Shown: positions 29,334 to 42,790 of the stretch, one piece after another | How positions within the stretch are numbered: position 1 is the stretch's first letter | Layout of the letters: each line of letters opens with the position of its first letter | Source of the DNA: the human T2T-CHM13v2.0 reference genome, Homo sapiens | Length of the DNA stretch: 64,000 bases | Strand: one strand, 5' to 3' | Assembly (NCBI RefSeq): GCF_009914755.1 | Contig: NC_060945.1 | Translations under genes and position numbers: made by a program | The notes under the pieces: model-generated | What the model was told of the DNA's origin: nothing | Seen by the model: the letters and a program-made list of their open reading frames with translations, nothing else | Databases searched by the model: none

Positions 29334-29920
29334 GCCTCTTAAGGACCGTGTGTGGATGGAGCAAGTTGATATCCACAGGGTATACAGCAGGTGCTCAAGC
29401 AGTACTGGAGTCCCACTGTGGCTGATGGTCAGCAGGAAAGCAACAAGGGTGACCGAAACATACAGGTTACAAACAATTTTTGTTACCCAATTCCAAAAGT
29501 CTCAGTGAAGACAGGAACAAGTTTCCAGGTGAGGACAAACAGCTGCTTCTCTTATTTGCCCTAGGCTCACACAGGAAACAGGTTGAGTCACTCAGCAGGT
29601 TTGTACCTGCAAATTACGAGAGAGAGCATTGGGAAGACTGTCCGCATAGGTGACCAGGCCAGCCCAGCAGTGCAAATGACAGCCCAGGTTAGCCTGGCCG
29701 GTGCAAAGGGTAGTGTTCTGCCAGAACTTGAAATAACTAGTTCATTTGGATGTGTTTCCTTACATTGCCTTAAGACATAGAGGAGCTCAAGCCTATGCAC
29801 ATCCTGTGTTCCATAAAAGACTAACCTTAGGGGAAAATGATGAGAAAGAGTCCATTTTACTTTCTGTGCCTCCTGACCAGGAAAGACTCACTGCTGAAGC
29901 CAACTTCAAAAGCAAAACCA

Positions 29921-30232
29921 GGCCAGGCACGGTGGCTCACTCCTGCAATCTCAGCACTTTGGGAGACCGAGGAGGGAGGATCACTTGAGCTCAGGAGTTC
30001 AAGACCAGCCTGGGCAACATAAGAAGACCCTGTCTCTACAAAAATAAATAAATAAATAATTTATGTGGTGGCACATGACCGTAATCCCAGCTACTTGGGA
30101 GGCTGAGATGAGAGAATCTCTTGAGCCTGGAGGTAGAGGTTGCAGTGAGCTATGATTGCACCACTGCACTCCAGCCTGGACAACAGAACAAGACTCTGTC
30201 TCTAATAATAATTAATAACAGTAATAAATTAA
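29921..30232 (+). mobile_element. AluJ
   Basis: GAGGATCACTTGAGCTCAGGAG. TSD AAGCAAAACCA. Confidence 0.92.
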
Positions 30233-32119
30233 TAAGCAAAACCAAGCAAACAAAGCCAAAATGTAGGTTAAGGTGGCAACCGGGTAGGTGTCAACTCTGA
30301 TTTAAGACCAGTGCAGAGTGAAGACATCACCCCATAGCTCCTTACCTGACTCTACCCCAAGCTTTGCCAACTACACACATTTGAGTCTTCTGTTTAGCAC
30401 GGTCCCAGGAATCTGTCGCTCTTGAACCACCGCGAAGAGGAACCTGGTAGGTAACTGAGAGTCTTCTGAAATTTTCGGAGTACAGCGTGGACAGGTGTAA
30501 TAGAGAAATAGAGGGAGAGGACTATTGAGAATATAAAAAGGCCATTACAGAAAGTTACAGCAGGGCTGTGGCTTTGCCAGATAATTGATTTTGAAAAGTG
30601 ACATAGTTATTTGCAGTTTATCTGCTTGCAGCACAAAAATAGGGCAAATCACTGAAATCTTTCTTAGGGGATTGATGTTCATTTTATGACATCCTTCAAT
30701 GAGCAGAAACATAAAAGCCACCATCACACCACCAGCAGCAGGACCACTGCCATGCACGAAGCTCTGAAACAAACAGGGGGTACTCCTGAAAGGCTAAGGA
30801 ATGAACAGGAACAGAGTGAGCTTGCCTGTCCAGGGAGTGGGCACACTGGCCAAACCCAGGCTGACCCTGTGTGCAGGTGGGCACCCATTGCTGGCCTGTA
30901 TCGCACAGGCTTTCCTTTGGGTAGGGATGGCTTTGTGCATGTGGCTGCCTGGGATGCCCAGAAAAGTGTCAGCAATTCCTGGATTCCCCGGGTGACTAGG
31001 CACAATATGTTTGGTGGGATTGGAGCTGAGGAAAGTGAACTGGGAGAAATCTGGCAACAGGAGGACTCACCCTTTGTCTTCCCACTTTTTGAAATGGAGT
31101 CTCCTGACATTTTCCTCCTCATCTCAACTTTCTCTCCAAGTCTTTCCTGTCTCCTGGGCAGAGAATCAGAGCTGACCACCAATTACGTTATACCCGAATT
31201 TTATAGAATCACTTTTTATTGCTAGCATATCATAGGGGGATCACTGTTTTATTTTATTTTAAACTATTCATAGTACCTGTATTACTTCTAAAAATAACAA
31301 AACAAGAGATGAGACTCTCATAAGCCAGGAGCAATGTCCAAATGTCTGATGAAAAGGAATTGCCAACGTAATTCAGCCTAACCAGCAATCTTGCAGGGCA
31401 AGGGTAGAAAAAGAAATAAGATCTTCAAAGGGTCACTTTCCATGAACTCTTTCTTAATTTTCTTTGCTACTTTGTAGTAGTTTTAGCTAAATTTTATGAG
31501 TTAAAAAAATGTTGGTAATATATTTCTTTAGGAGCCTAAGGTCAATTGTGTGACTTTTTTTTTGTGATCAATTCACTGCTTAAAAAATTTTTCCTTATTA
31601 AAAAAATAATAATTGTCCTTTAATGTCTTCCTGGCTTATTGTTATTACAATTTCCATTTATTCAATGAAATTCTAGAACAGGCATCATTGTCCATAAATG
31701 CTCTCCATAGCCTGAAGGACGATATTAAAGTCACTTCTTATCCTTCCCTTCTCCTCCAGTGTCTCATTCCACAAGTTCTTTCCCCTGGGATCCTCTTGGG
31801 ATTTTAGGCATTTGAGCCAGACTCCAAGGCTTTCCTTGCCCTTTTGGGCTGTGTATCCCAATGTATTCTTGGAAGGATCTGCCTACTTTGGAAAAGGATG
31901 GCTTGTCATGCCCACGCCTTGGGCTCATGGCTGCTGGGGGCCTCCCTGGACGCAGTAACCAGCACTTGTGCAGGCTCAGGTTTGCCCAATTACTGCCTGG
32001 GCCCCAGTCTGCCACTCCAGGCCTTTTCTCATGTTGCGTCTTCAACACCAGTACCATCAACTTACAAAATTAAAAATTTAACCAAACTGGGTGTATGATA
32101 ATGTTACTGAATTTAACTT

Positions 32120-32303
32120 TTTCTTTTTTTAACATTTATTTTAAGTTCAGAGGTAATGTGCAGGTTTGTTCCACAGGTAAACTTGTGTCCTGGGGGTTTG
32201 TTGTACATATTCTTTTATCACTCAGGTATTAAGCCTAATACCCACTAGTTATTTTTCCTGATCTTCTTCCTCCTCTTTCCCTCTACCCCTCTGAAATGCC
32301 CCA
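32120..32303 (-). mobile_element. Short L1PA (about PA11-13) 3' UTR fragment
   Basis: T-rich tail then TTTTAAGTTCAGAGG...GTAAACTTGTGTCC...CAGGTATTAAGCCTA. TSD-like GAATTTAACTTTTT / GAATTAACTTTTT. Confidence 0.8.
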
Positions 32304-32340
32304 TGGAATTAACTTTTTATTCTTAGTTCAGTCAAATTAT

Positions 32341-32404
32341 TTTGTATGGGTGGACACAGTGACCATATAGTTTTTGTATGGGTGGACACAGTAACCGTAT
32401 AGTT
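32341..32404. repeat. 32-bp tandem duplication (2 copies)
   Basis: TTTGTATGGGTGGACACAGTGACCATATAGTT followed directly by TTTGTATGGGTGGACACAGTAACCGTATAGTT. Confidence 0.9.
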
Positions 32405-33244
32405 TTTTGTTTTATTATTGATGAAAATCAGTATTTTTGAAGTCAGGCTCTTTTCTGTTTTGGGTTTTTTTTTTTAATTTCTTTTAAATATATCTATGTC
32501 ACATCTTCCACTTCTTTTGAAGACCTTATTTAGTTCTATTCAATGTGTAAAGTACTTCACACATTGCAGTTTTTTGAAAGTCATATAATTCATACCTGAG
32601 AGAGATTTTGGGGAGCCTCTGGCTCAGCATGGTCACTGGAGGCCCAGGGAAGTCTAGGGTTTGCTGAAAATCTGGGAACAGTTAGCTCAAAGCCTGGCCG
32701 GCGCCCACTGCTTCTAATTTTCCATCCGTTTATCTCTCCGGCCCTGTGCAGCACTGCCTTTCCCAGGAAATGTGTGTGCGCCATCTTGTTATCTGATGTC
32801 ACCAGCACTGCACACCAGGATGCCAGGAGCCCAGGTGTGGGGTAAGAAGAGCTGGGCTTGAATCTCACTCTACCACTTATTAGCTATATGGTAGTCTTTG
32901 ACCACCACATTCCTTAGCTTCTTAGTGTGTTAGTTTCCTCATCTGCAGAATAGAGACAATAATGTAGTACTGACTGATTCAAACCACATGTCATGGATTC
33001 AAGACCATGTTCCTATGTCCCTCCAAAGACTTTTCCAACAGTTCAGTGGTGCCTGGAATTTCTTAATGAACATTTCAGTTCTGCAGCTTGAAGTTCACTG
33101 CTGGTAGATTGCCATCATCCCTGGAAGGGGTTGCACATTACGCCTCCTTAAGCACGTGCACTGATTGATATAGAAGCAAGTGTCTACCAGGAAAGGAAAA
33201 AAGACTTCAAATTCTGAGGGAAGCGAAAAGTAAAAATAAAAAAG

Positions 33245-33262
33245 CAGCAGCAGCAGCAGCAG
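33245..33262. repeat. (CAG)6 trinucleotide repeat
   Basis: Directly visible. Not in a listed ORF. Confidence 0.9.
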
Positions 33263-33414
33263 AGAAAACACCATTCTGGGATAAACATCCGGAGTGTTAG
33301 GCTTAGGGTCTCAAAGTCAGACGTGACAAGCCTCACCCTGCTTGTTCAGCTCCATGATTATTATTTTAAACATCAATTCTCATAGTAGAAAGATTAAAAA
33401 AAAAAGCTAACAGT

Positions 33415-33724
33415 GGACCCAGCACGGTGGCTCATGCCTGTAATCCCAGCACTTTGGGAGGCCGAGGGGGGCGGATCACCTGAGGTCAGGAGTTCGAGAC
33501 CAGCCTGGGCAACATGGCGAAACCCTGCCTCTACTAAAAATACAAAAATTAGTCGGGCATGGTGGCTCATGCCTGTAATCCCAGCTACTCCAAAGGCTGA
33601 GGCAGGAGAATTGCTTGAACCCAGGAGGCAGAGGTTGCAGTGAGCCAAGGATCGCACCACTGCACTCCAGCCTGGGTAACAGAGTGAGACTCTGTCTCAA
33701 ATAAACAAACAAACAAACAAACAA
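33415..33724 (+). mobile_element. AluSx-like
   Basis: Full Alu with a (CAAA)n tail. Confidence 0.95.
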
Positions 33725-34579
33725 ATAGTGAGTTATAGCTAGAAGAATCTTGAATAGTAGCCTTGTTGTGTTCAAAACATACCCATGCTTTATAAAATCA
33801 GAGCTGAAGAGGTTGGTGTACTATAACACAGATTTAACATCCTATCTAAATTATTTGAGGTGAAGGATTCATTATTCATGATTTTCACACCCAAAAATAT
33901 TTACTTCATAGTATTCATATTTGGACATGTCATTCAGATTATTCCATTTTATTTTAAATAACGTAACAAAACATTTTAGACATCTGATTTATATAATAGC
34001 AATACCAAGGACTTGCACCCTGTTTCTACCTAAGTTGTTTCTAAAAACCATCTTATAACTCATCCATTGCCAAGTAATTACAATCTTAACTGTATCTTGA
34101 AAACAGTGGGTTTCAGCTTTTTATTATCCCAGTTATTGCTCTGGAATCATTGTAGTGCACCTTCTTCATGACCCCATTCATTCAGGTCACCAGCTCACTC
34201 TATGTTTAAGAGGCCTGTCTCTAGAAAGAAGGAGAAGAGGGGATACGTAAAGAATTGAAAACAGCTTCAATTTGATTCAGTAGCACAGTGCACTAAAACC
34301 CATAAGCCACAACAATCAACAAAGTGTGGAATTCACACTGTTCTACTCAATTCCATCCCTTGTATTTTTTACAGCAATATCTTTATTGTGCTGAAAGTTA
34401 TCACATGTACTCCGGAGTTTCTAACAAACCTTTATGTTTTACCTTTGAAAATAACTTCTAAGCTGCTATTTCTGCTTGGAATTTTATGTTAAAGGTGGAG
34501 AAAATTGAATCAAGCAGTCATCAATGGGTATCACCTTCCACAGTCCTACCTCCCCAGAGTTCTGAAGAATTCAGGTCCA

Positions 34580-34864
34580 GGCAAACTAACACAGGAACAG
34601 AAAACCAAATGCCACATGTTCTCCCTTATAAGTGGAAGCTAAATGATGAGAACACATGGACACGTAGAGGCGAGCAACATATACGGGGGCCTTTTGGAGG
34701 GTGGAGGGTGGGAGGTGGGAGAGGACCAGGGAAAACAGCTATTGGTTACTAGGCTTAATAGTTGGGTGATGAGGTGGCCTATACGACGGAGCCCCATGAC
34801 ACAAGTTTACCTGTGTAGCAAATCCACACTTGTACCCCTGAACATAAAATAAAAGTTAAAAAAA
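34580..34864 (+). mobile_element. L1PA (about PA11-13) 3' fragment
   Basis: CAAACTAACACAGGAACAGAAAACCAAA...CCCCATGACACAAGTTTACC...GAACATAAAATAAAAGTTAAAAAAA. Confidence 0.85.
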
Positions 34865-37509
34865 GAGACATTGTCAGAAAATACATGGTGAATTTAATAA
34901 ACAGTTTTCTTTCAACGGTAACAAAAAAATCAATGAAGTTGGTTGCCCGTTGTAAGAATTAAACGTCCAATAATTTTTAGGCAATTTTTGATTTCTGAGC
35001 TTATAACTGAGTTGCTGTAAAATTGCTGGGATTCCTACACAAAGAAGAAAACCTTTTTGATGAAAATTTAAAAAGAATTTTGTACCAATTATGGAGGTTT
35101 AGTTAAAAATTATTAAGAACAAATAAAAGAAATATTTTACACACAAAAAAAGATGACGCTTCCCTGGCTGCTGTGACACTTGTGTGTTATGAGCACACCT
35201 TGGTGTTGTAGGTTGGAGTCCTGGAAGGTGCTTTTTTGACATTGTCTTAAAACTTTTTTTAAGGCCTAAGGTATGAAATAATTAATCATTAGTACATTTT
35301 TATTTGATGCACTGGGAATTTTTAATAATTTCACTCTAAGTAGTTCCCCTCAAATACATGAGCTTTTATTTTATATCTTTTTAGTAGGCATAACTCAAGT
35401 ATATAAGGTAGATTTTTAAAAAGACATTGTATGGTATCTTAAAGTTAGCATTCAGTTTTCTACTGTACTATTTTACTAAATTTTTCAATACTTCATTTTT
35501 ATAGACTTCTAATCCCTGCTACCTTATATTATACTATATTATACTTTCCTATACATTTAATTTGAAGGCTTTTCAGAACTTTGACATGGCTATGGGCTTA
35601 GGGATTGTAGGCATTTTCCATGAGACAAAAACATGTGACTTCCAGCATTGTTTTAATTTGATTATTAAAAAGTACACAAATATTAGTGGAGGAAAAAGGA
35701 CCTACAATATAGTGATGATGATGGTGGCGGTAGTGGTGATGATGACAATAATAATAACACATGGTATGATTTTAAGGGCAAATAGATATGCAAATAGGCT
35801 TAATCCTGAATACAGTGAAAGAAAACTAAGGCATTGCAGGCATAAATACTTCAAAGCTAGGGGCAAACACTACAATTGGACCAGAACCAAATTGTCTGGA
35901 CTGCTGGGGGTGGCTCTACCAGATCCAAGATGGTGCTAGAGTTAGTAAACCTTCAGCTGTGATAAAGCTAACAAAGTGCTCTGTCTCCTAGTAATTGCAA
36001 GAATGATATTTGTTACAATCTCCTTTCTTCAACTCCGAGCACCAGAATGCCAGCTGCGGAGGATTCTGAGTTGGGCCACTATCCTGGGTCAAATTCAGTC
36101 TGGAACAATAGTTCTTTGACTTCTATCTTTTTCACAATTTCTCATTTCCCCAACTGATCATTAATCCACAAGGGATTATTGATCTCCCAGTCAGTCTGTC
36201 CTCTCTCCTGCCAAGTAATAAAAATACTACCTTTAATGCTAATCTGTATAAATCAATGTCAGGTTCAAATATGAACTGTGCTGTAGACTTGGATTCTTTA
36301 CCAAATATAACAATCAGTGGATGCTTCACTCAAATATTAATGATTCATTAACTACCCACCAGTTTCTCATTAAGTGCTGATATAATCTCTCCATAAGAAT
36401 TTATTACAATACCATAGCCAAATGTTCAACATCTAGACAGGAACAAACTCTCTAAGGAGAAATCATAAAACACGTACAAACTCAGGCAGTCTTCATCCAA
36501 AGTAACTGTGTTAATCCAGTGAAGTGAGTGTGTCTGATTGTTTTTTGAGCTTTATCACCTCAAATCAGGCAGTCAGTTAACTCTCTAAGCTTCAGTGTGC
36601 TCATTTGTAAAATAGATATAGTGGCCTCACCTCAGACTATTTTGAGAAAATCAAGGATGATGATGTCTTTGTAACCAGCTTATGCAAGGGGCTGAACTTG
36701 GGAGGTTGTAATCAGGAAATAGTTTTCCTTTTAACCCACCACAATCTTCAAACCTACGTTTCAATTTTCTATTCTGCAGCACTGGGTGATGTCTCATGGA
36801 AGCTAGCTTTTCTAGTCAGTTTCAGGTATTTGTAAAGTCTCATTTTTGAATATAAAAAAGCCAGTCTAGTCTAATTCCAAAATGTCAATATCTTTTGGGT
36901 TTTCCTGCAGTTCAGCTGTGATTTAGGCTGGAAAATCTGCAAGGATAATGTCAGGGTGTCATTTTATCCTTCCTTGATCCACTTCCTTGCTGTAGTCTTC
37001 AGTATTGAGTAGGAAGGAAGCATGAACCTGAAGATGCAAAACTTTATCTTGACTTGGCAGGTGCTGTCTGCTCCTTCACCATGGCAGATGCTCAGATGCC
37101 AGCTCCTTTTCTCCCAGGGCTCTTTAACGGATATCTTGGGAGCCTACCTCCTACCCTCCACCACTCCCACCAGCCAAGAGATTTCCATGATGGACATATG
37201 CTTTGGCTCACTTTCAGGCTTCCCCTTGCTAATGGACACCCTTTATTGATATCCCTGGCCTGGCCACCTTCTGTGGAGTAGCTCAGAGGGAAGAATGATG
37301 TGGTCAGCTCCCCGTTTTGCTGTTAGAGAGACTGCCACAGGCTCCACACCTCTGAGCATCCTTTTTTACCTGCACACAATGGGATAATGACAGTATCTAC
37401 CATTGCTGTCTACCTCCTGGGCTGTCTCAAGGATTAAAGGAGGTGGCCCAGCCTAAGCACACTTACCACAGCACCTTCCCATGCCACACCTAGCAGGAAG
37501 CAAGCATGA

Positions 37510-37660
37510 TCAAAGTGGTTAGAACCATGAACTACAAAACAGATTACCTGGGTTTGGATTTAAAATCCACCACTCACTAATTGTAAAACCTTGGACACAT
37601 CAATGGTTAATTGACCTCTCTGTGCCATAATTTTCTTTCTGTACAATGGAAATAATAGCA
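37510..37660 (+). mobile_element. MIR (one of several MIR fragments between 36560 and 38095)
   Basis: GTGGTTAGAACCATG...CCTGGGTT...ACCTCTCTGTGCCATAATTTTCTTTCTGTACAATGGAAATAATAG. Confidence 0.55.
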
Positions 37661-38215
37661 GTTTCTCCATGTGCCAGATGCTATGTGTTGACATTCAGTG
37701 GGTATCTGCCTTCAAAATGCTCCCCTAATCCACAGGGTAAGGCCTGGAGACTCACATTCCATCTTTCTATACCAGTGGGTTCCAGGGAAGTTCTGCCAAT
37801 GAGAAGCTGTCATGGGCTTTCTGGAGTTGGCCTGGAGATCAGTGGAAGGTAGCTGTTTGAGCATCAGCACCAGACAGATGTGGAAATTTGCAGCAGTTTC
37901 CAAGCAACCTTCTGAGAATTGTGCACTTTGGAGCTCCAAGAATATGTGACCTCCCATTATCCTAAGCAAGCCCCACCAAGCCCTAACTGATACCTGGCTT
38001 CATAGAGTGGCTGAGAAAATCAAGAAAGTTTGTACATAGAACGTGCTCAGAACAGCTCCAACAACATTGTAAGCATTCAATAAATGTCAGCTACTATGTT
38101 CATTCCGTATTATTCCCAATACTATGAATTAATCTATGCATATCAGTTGACCAAAGCTTCAAAACTACAGGAAGAAGGAAATGGTAGGAGAGCTCAGCAC
38201 TTCCCCTACAGACCT

Positions 38216-38586
38216 TGTATTAGTCTGTTTCCATGCTGCTGATTAAGACATACCCAAGAATGGGCAATTTACAAAAGAAAGAGGTTTAATGTACTTGCAG
38301 TTCCACATGGCTGAGGAGGCTTCACAATCATGGTGGAAGGCAAGAAGGAGCAAGTCACGTCTTACATGGATGGCAGCAGGCAAAGAGAGAGAGCTTGTGC
38401 AGGGAAACTCCCATTTTTGAAACTATCAGATCTCATGAGAATTATTCACTATCAGGAGAACAGCATGGGAAAGACCTATACCCATGATTTAATTATCTCC
38501 TACCGGGTTCGTCCCACAACACATGGGAATTGTGGGAGTTACAATTTAAGATGAGGTTTGGGGAGGGACACAACCAAACCATTAGA
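38216..38586 (-). mobile_element. THE1B solo LTR
   Basis: TGTATTAGTCTGTTTCCATGCTGCTGAT...GGAGCAAGTCACGTCTTACATGGATGGCAGCAGGCAAAGAGAG. Perfect 5-bp TSD GACCT at 38211-38215 and 38587-38591. Confidence 0.9.
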
Positions 38587-38616
38587 GACCTGAAAGAGGC
38601 TGTTGTACTCACTGAT

Positions 38617-41108
38617 TCATGTAGTTTGCATGTGTGTCCTCTCTAAATCACATGTTGAATTGTAATCCCCAGTACTGGACATGGGGCCTGGTTGGGGGTG
38701 ATTGGATCACAGGGGTGGATTTCTCATGAATGATTTAGCATCATCCTCTTGATGCTATTCTTGTGATAGTGAGTTCTCATGAGATCTAGCTGTTTAATAG
38801 TGTATGGCAACTCCTCCCTCTCTCTCTTGCTCTTGCTTTCACCATGTGATGTGCTGGCTTCTTCTGTATCTTCCTCCATGATTGCAAGCTCCCCGAGGAC
38901 TCACAAGAAGCTGAGCAGATGGTCAGTATCATGCTTCCTGTACAACCTGCAAAACCATAAGCCAGCTAAACCTCTTTTCTTTATAAATTACTCAGTCTTA
39001 GGTATTCCTTTATAGCAATGCAAGAACTACATAACACAGAAAATTGTTATCAGGAGTGAGATATTACTGTAAAGATACATGAAAATGTGGAAGTGACTTT
39101 GGAACTGGGTAACAGGCAGAGGTTAGAAGATTTTGGAGGGCTCAGAGGAAGACAGGAAGACGAGGGAAAGTTTAGAACTTCTTAGAGGCTTGTTAGATGA
39201 TTGTGACCAAAATGCTGATAGTGATATGAACAGTGAAGTTCAGCCTGCTGAGGTCTCAGATGGAAATGAGGAACTTATTGGGAACTAGAGCACAAGTCAT
39301 CCACGTTATGCTGTAGCAAAGAGATTGGTTGCATTGTGTTCACGCCCTAGAGATCTGTGGAAATTTGAACTTAAGAGTGATGATTTAGGGTAACTGGTAG
39401 AAAAAAAAAATCTAAGCTACAAAGCATTCAAGATGTGTCTTGGCTGCTTCTAACAACCTACTCTTAGACATAGGAGCAAAGAAATGACTTAAAGTTGGAA
39501 GTTATATTTAAAGGGGAAGCATATCAGAAACATTTGGAAAATTTGCAGCCTGGCCATGTGGTAGAAAAGAAAAGCCCAATTTCAGTGGAAGAATCCAAGT
39601 GAGCTACAGAACAACCACTTATTAGAGAGATTTGCGTAACTAAAAGGGAGCCAGGTGCTGATAGCCAAAACAAGGGGGGAAAAGGTCTCAAAGACATTTC
39701 AGAGATCTCTGAGGCAGCCCCTCCCATCACAGGCCATGGGTTCTAGGAGCAAATAATGTTTTGGGGGGCCAGGACCAGGGCCACAATCCCCTGCACAGTC
39801 ATAGGACTTTGCTTCTCGCATTCCAGTCACTCCAGCTGCAGCTGGAGGGGCCAAGTTACAGCTTGGGCCTCCACTCTAGAGGGTGAGAGCCATCAGCCTC
39901 AGTGGCTTCCACATAGTGTTAAGCCTGTAGGTTCACAGAGTGCAAAAGTGAAGAATGTTTGGCAGCCTCTGTCTACATTTCATAGGATGGATGGGAAAGC
40001 CAGAGTGCCCAGGAAGAAGCCTATCTCAGGGGCAGAACCCTCATAGACAACCTCTACTAGGGCAGTCATGAAGGGAAATATGGGGTGTGAGCCCGTACAC
40101 AGAGTTCCCAGTGTGGGAACTGCGTAGTGGAGCTGTAGGGAGGGGGTCACTTTCCCCCAGACCCCAAAATGGTAGATCCATAAGCAGCTTGTACCCTGGA
40201 AAAGCCACAGGCACTTAACTGCAGCCTATGAGAGCAGCTGTGGGGACTGAACCATGCAAAGCCTAGAAGCAGAGCTGCCATGGCTTTGGGAACCCAACCC
40301 TTGCACCTGTGTTCCCTGGATGCAGGACGTGGAGTTGAAGGAGACTGCTTTGGAACTTGAAGATTTAATGACTGCCCTGCTTGGTTTTGCACTTGTGTGG
40401 GGGCTGTACATGTAAATAGCCCCTGTCTTTTTGGCTGATTTATCCCTTTTGGAATGTGAATGTTTAACCAATGCCTGTACCCCCATTGTATCTTAAAAGC
40501 AAGTAATTTGTTCTGATTTTCCAGACTCATAGGTGGTAGGCACTCAACTCCAGATGGGACTTTGGACTTGGGACTTTGGACTTTTGAGTGATGCTAAAAT
40601 GAATTCAGACTTTTGGGAAACTACTGGCTGGGGATGATTATATTTCTCAGTGGAAGAAGAACATGAGATTTGAGGGGCCAGGAGTGGAATGATGTAGTTT
40701 AGAGGTTGTTCCCTCTGAATCTCATGTTGAATTGAATCCCCAGTGTTGGAGGTTGGGCCTGGTGAAAGGTGATGGGTTCATGAAGGCAGATTTCTCATGA
40801 ATGGTTTAATGCCAACCCCTTGGTGCTGTCCTTGATAGTGAGCATGTTCTCAGAAGATCTGGTTGTTTAAAAATCTGTGGCAACTACTCCCTCTCTTTTG
40901 CTCCCACTCTCACCGTGTGATATGTTGGCTCCCCCTTTGCCTTCCACCGTGACTGCAAGCTCCCTGAGGCCTCACCAGAAGCAGAGCAGATGCTGATGCC
41001 ATACTTCCTATACAGCCTTCAGAAACATGAACCAATTAAACCTCTCTTCTTTATAAATTAGCCAGTCTCATGTATTCCGTTATAGCAAAGCAAGAACAGC
41101 CTAACATA
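38617..41108 (+). mobile_element. Full-length MST (MSTB-like) MaLR provirus: 5' LTR 38617-39038, internal 39039-40689, 3' LTR 40690-41108
   Basis: Two same-orientation LTRs of about 420 bp flank a MaLR internal region (GAAAATGTGGAAGTGACTTTGGAACTGGGTAACAGGCAGAGG). Purine-rich GAGGGGCCAGGAGTGGAA precedes the 3' LTR. Confidence 0.9.
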
Positions 41109-41791
41109 CTGCCACTCAAGAACAAGAAGATACTGTGAGAGTCCACCCAAGGGGAGCATGTTTAGAAATATGGCAGGAATATAAATGATATCAACAGACA
41201 ACATCTGCAGAAGAATTAACAGAAATGTACCTTGTGGATCTCTCACTTCAGCTGCTCCAGAGAAGTTCATTTACCAAATGCAAAGGGCCAGCCTGAAAGA
41301 TATCTCACTATTCAGTACAGAAATGGGGCACATACATGGAGGGCAAGGAGAAAAATCTGCATGTTGTCAAACCACTTTTTAGATTTAACTTGAAGTGACC
41401 TCATATGAACAAAAACAGATCAGGGAATTCTAAGTTAGATCATAGGCAAAGTAGCATCATGCTATGAGGGCTGCTGTAAACATCAACTCCGTGCTAAGTG
41501 GTTCAGCTGCCTCAGCTTTGTAGTCAAGAGATGACTCCAGGGTGTTTGCAATCTGCATTCCTTGCAAAAAAGCCTGCGTTAACTTCAGCTCTGCAGGGAG
41601 TTGTGATGGATGCATTTTGAGTATTGTGGTGATTATATTTTTGTTTGCACCTCTCACGGGACAAACACACAAAGGCCTAGAATATAAGGGAGAGCAAACA
41701 ATAAAACATAAAGCCATTTATGGCACTTGGATTCTTTTGCTTGCAGATGAAGAAATGGCTCTTTTCAGTCAAGCTTGGCTAGTACACATCT

Positions 41792-42192
41792 TTGTTTAGG
41801 TCTATTTGTGCTGCCATCACAAAATGCCTGAGAGTGGGTAATTTATAAACAATAGAAATTTATTTCTCACAGTTCTGGAGCTGGGAAATCCAAGATGAAG
41901 GTGCTGGCAGGTTTGGTGTCTAGTGAGAGTCTAGTCTTTGCTCCCAAGACGGTGCCTGCCACGCTGCACCCTCCAGAGAATGGAATGCTGCCTCCTCACA
42001 TAGTGGAAGGGATGGAAAGGCAAAAAGAAGCCAAAGTTCTCCATCAAGCCCTTTGACAATGACATTAAGCTATTTATGAGAACAGAGTCACCATGACCTA
42101 ATTCCTCCCTGAAGGCGCACGTTCCAACACTGTTGCATTGCGGATTACGTTTCCAACACATGAATTGTGGGGGACACATGCCAACCATAGCA
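41792..42192 (-). mobile_element. MSTD/MLT1A-like MaLR solo LTR
   Basis: GGGTAATTTATAAACAATAGAAATTTATTTCTCACAGTTCTGGAG...GGGGACACATGCCAACCATAGCA. Confidence 0.8.
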
Positions 42193-42790
42193 CCCCCAAA
42201 ACTCTTTGTCCCAAAGACCTATCACAGCTGTATTTTTAAACCCTAAAGCATATGTCATTTATGCCTATCTTTCTAATGATTTCTATTGATTGTTATGGCT
42301 GCTTACCCCGCTTCATCTCCAAAACCAGAATAAAAATAAAATTTATTTTCATACAACCTTATTATCCTTCAAATGATCTTTCTGTGTTAAAATGGTCAAA
42401 TCCTGACAGTCCTGGTTCTACTGAACCCTGAGGATGAAATGGGCTCCTAGCGACTGAAGCTTTCCTTCCTTTTCTAGAATTATCATTGTCAAAAACAAAT
42501 GCTTCCTTGGTCATTTAAAACAGGTATATGAAGTGTCTCATATTTACCCCAAATTAAAACATTCAGGTAAAGAGGCATGGCAGGTTTTTGAGAGCAGTTC
42601 TGCTTTGCCCCTCTCTTCATCTCTCTAGTTTTTTATGACATTATAAAAAAATGAACTTACTCTTTGGGATCCTATTTGAATGCTTAAGATAGATAACATA
42701 AAATGCAAAATGTTGAAGAAAAAATAATGTTTCATATGAGGAAAAACAGTGTTTCACTTGTATTCATACGAACGCACACGCATATGAACT

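Noticed and set aside
30686-31225. 179-aa ORF with overlapping antisense ORFs in apparently unique sequence
   Set aside because: No recognisable domain, promoter or splice context. Overlapping ORFs on both strands suggest local stop-codon scarcity rather than a gene.
32341-32404. 32-bp direct repeats as a CRISPR-like array
   Set aside because: Only two adjacent copies, no spacer, no cas genes, and a eukaryotic context.
33245-33262. (CAG)6 as a polyglutamine or expansion locus
   Set aside because: Short and not within a supported exon.
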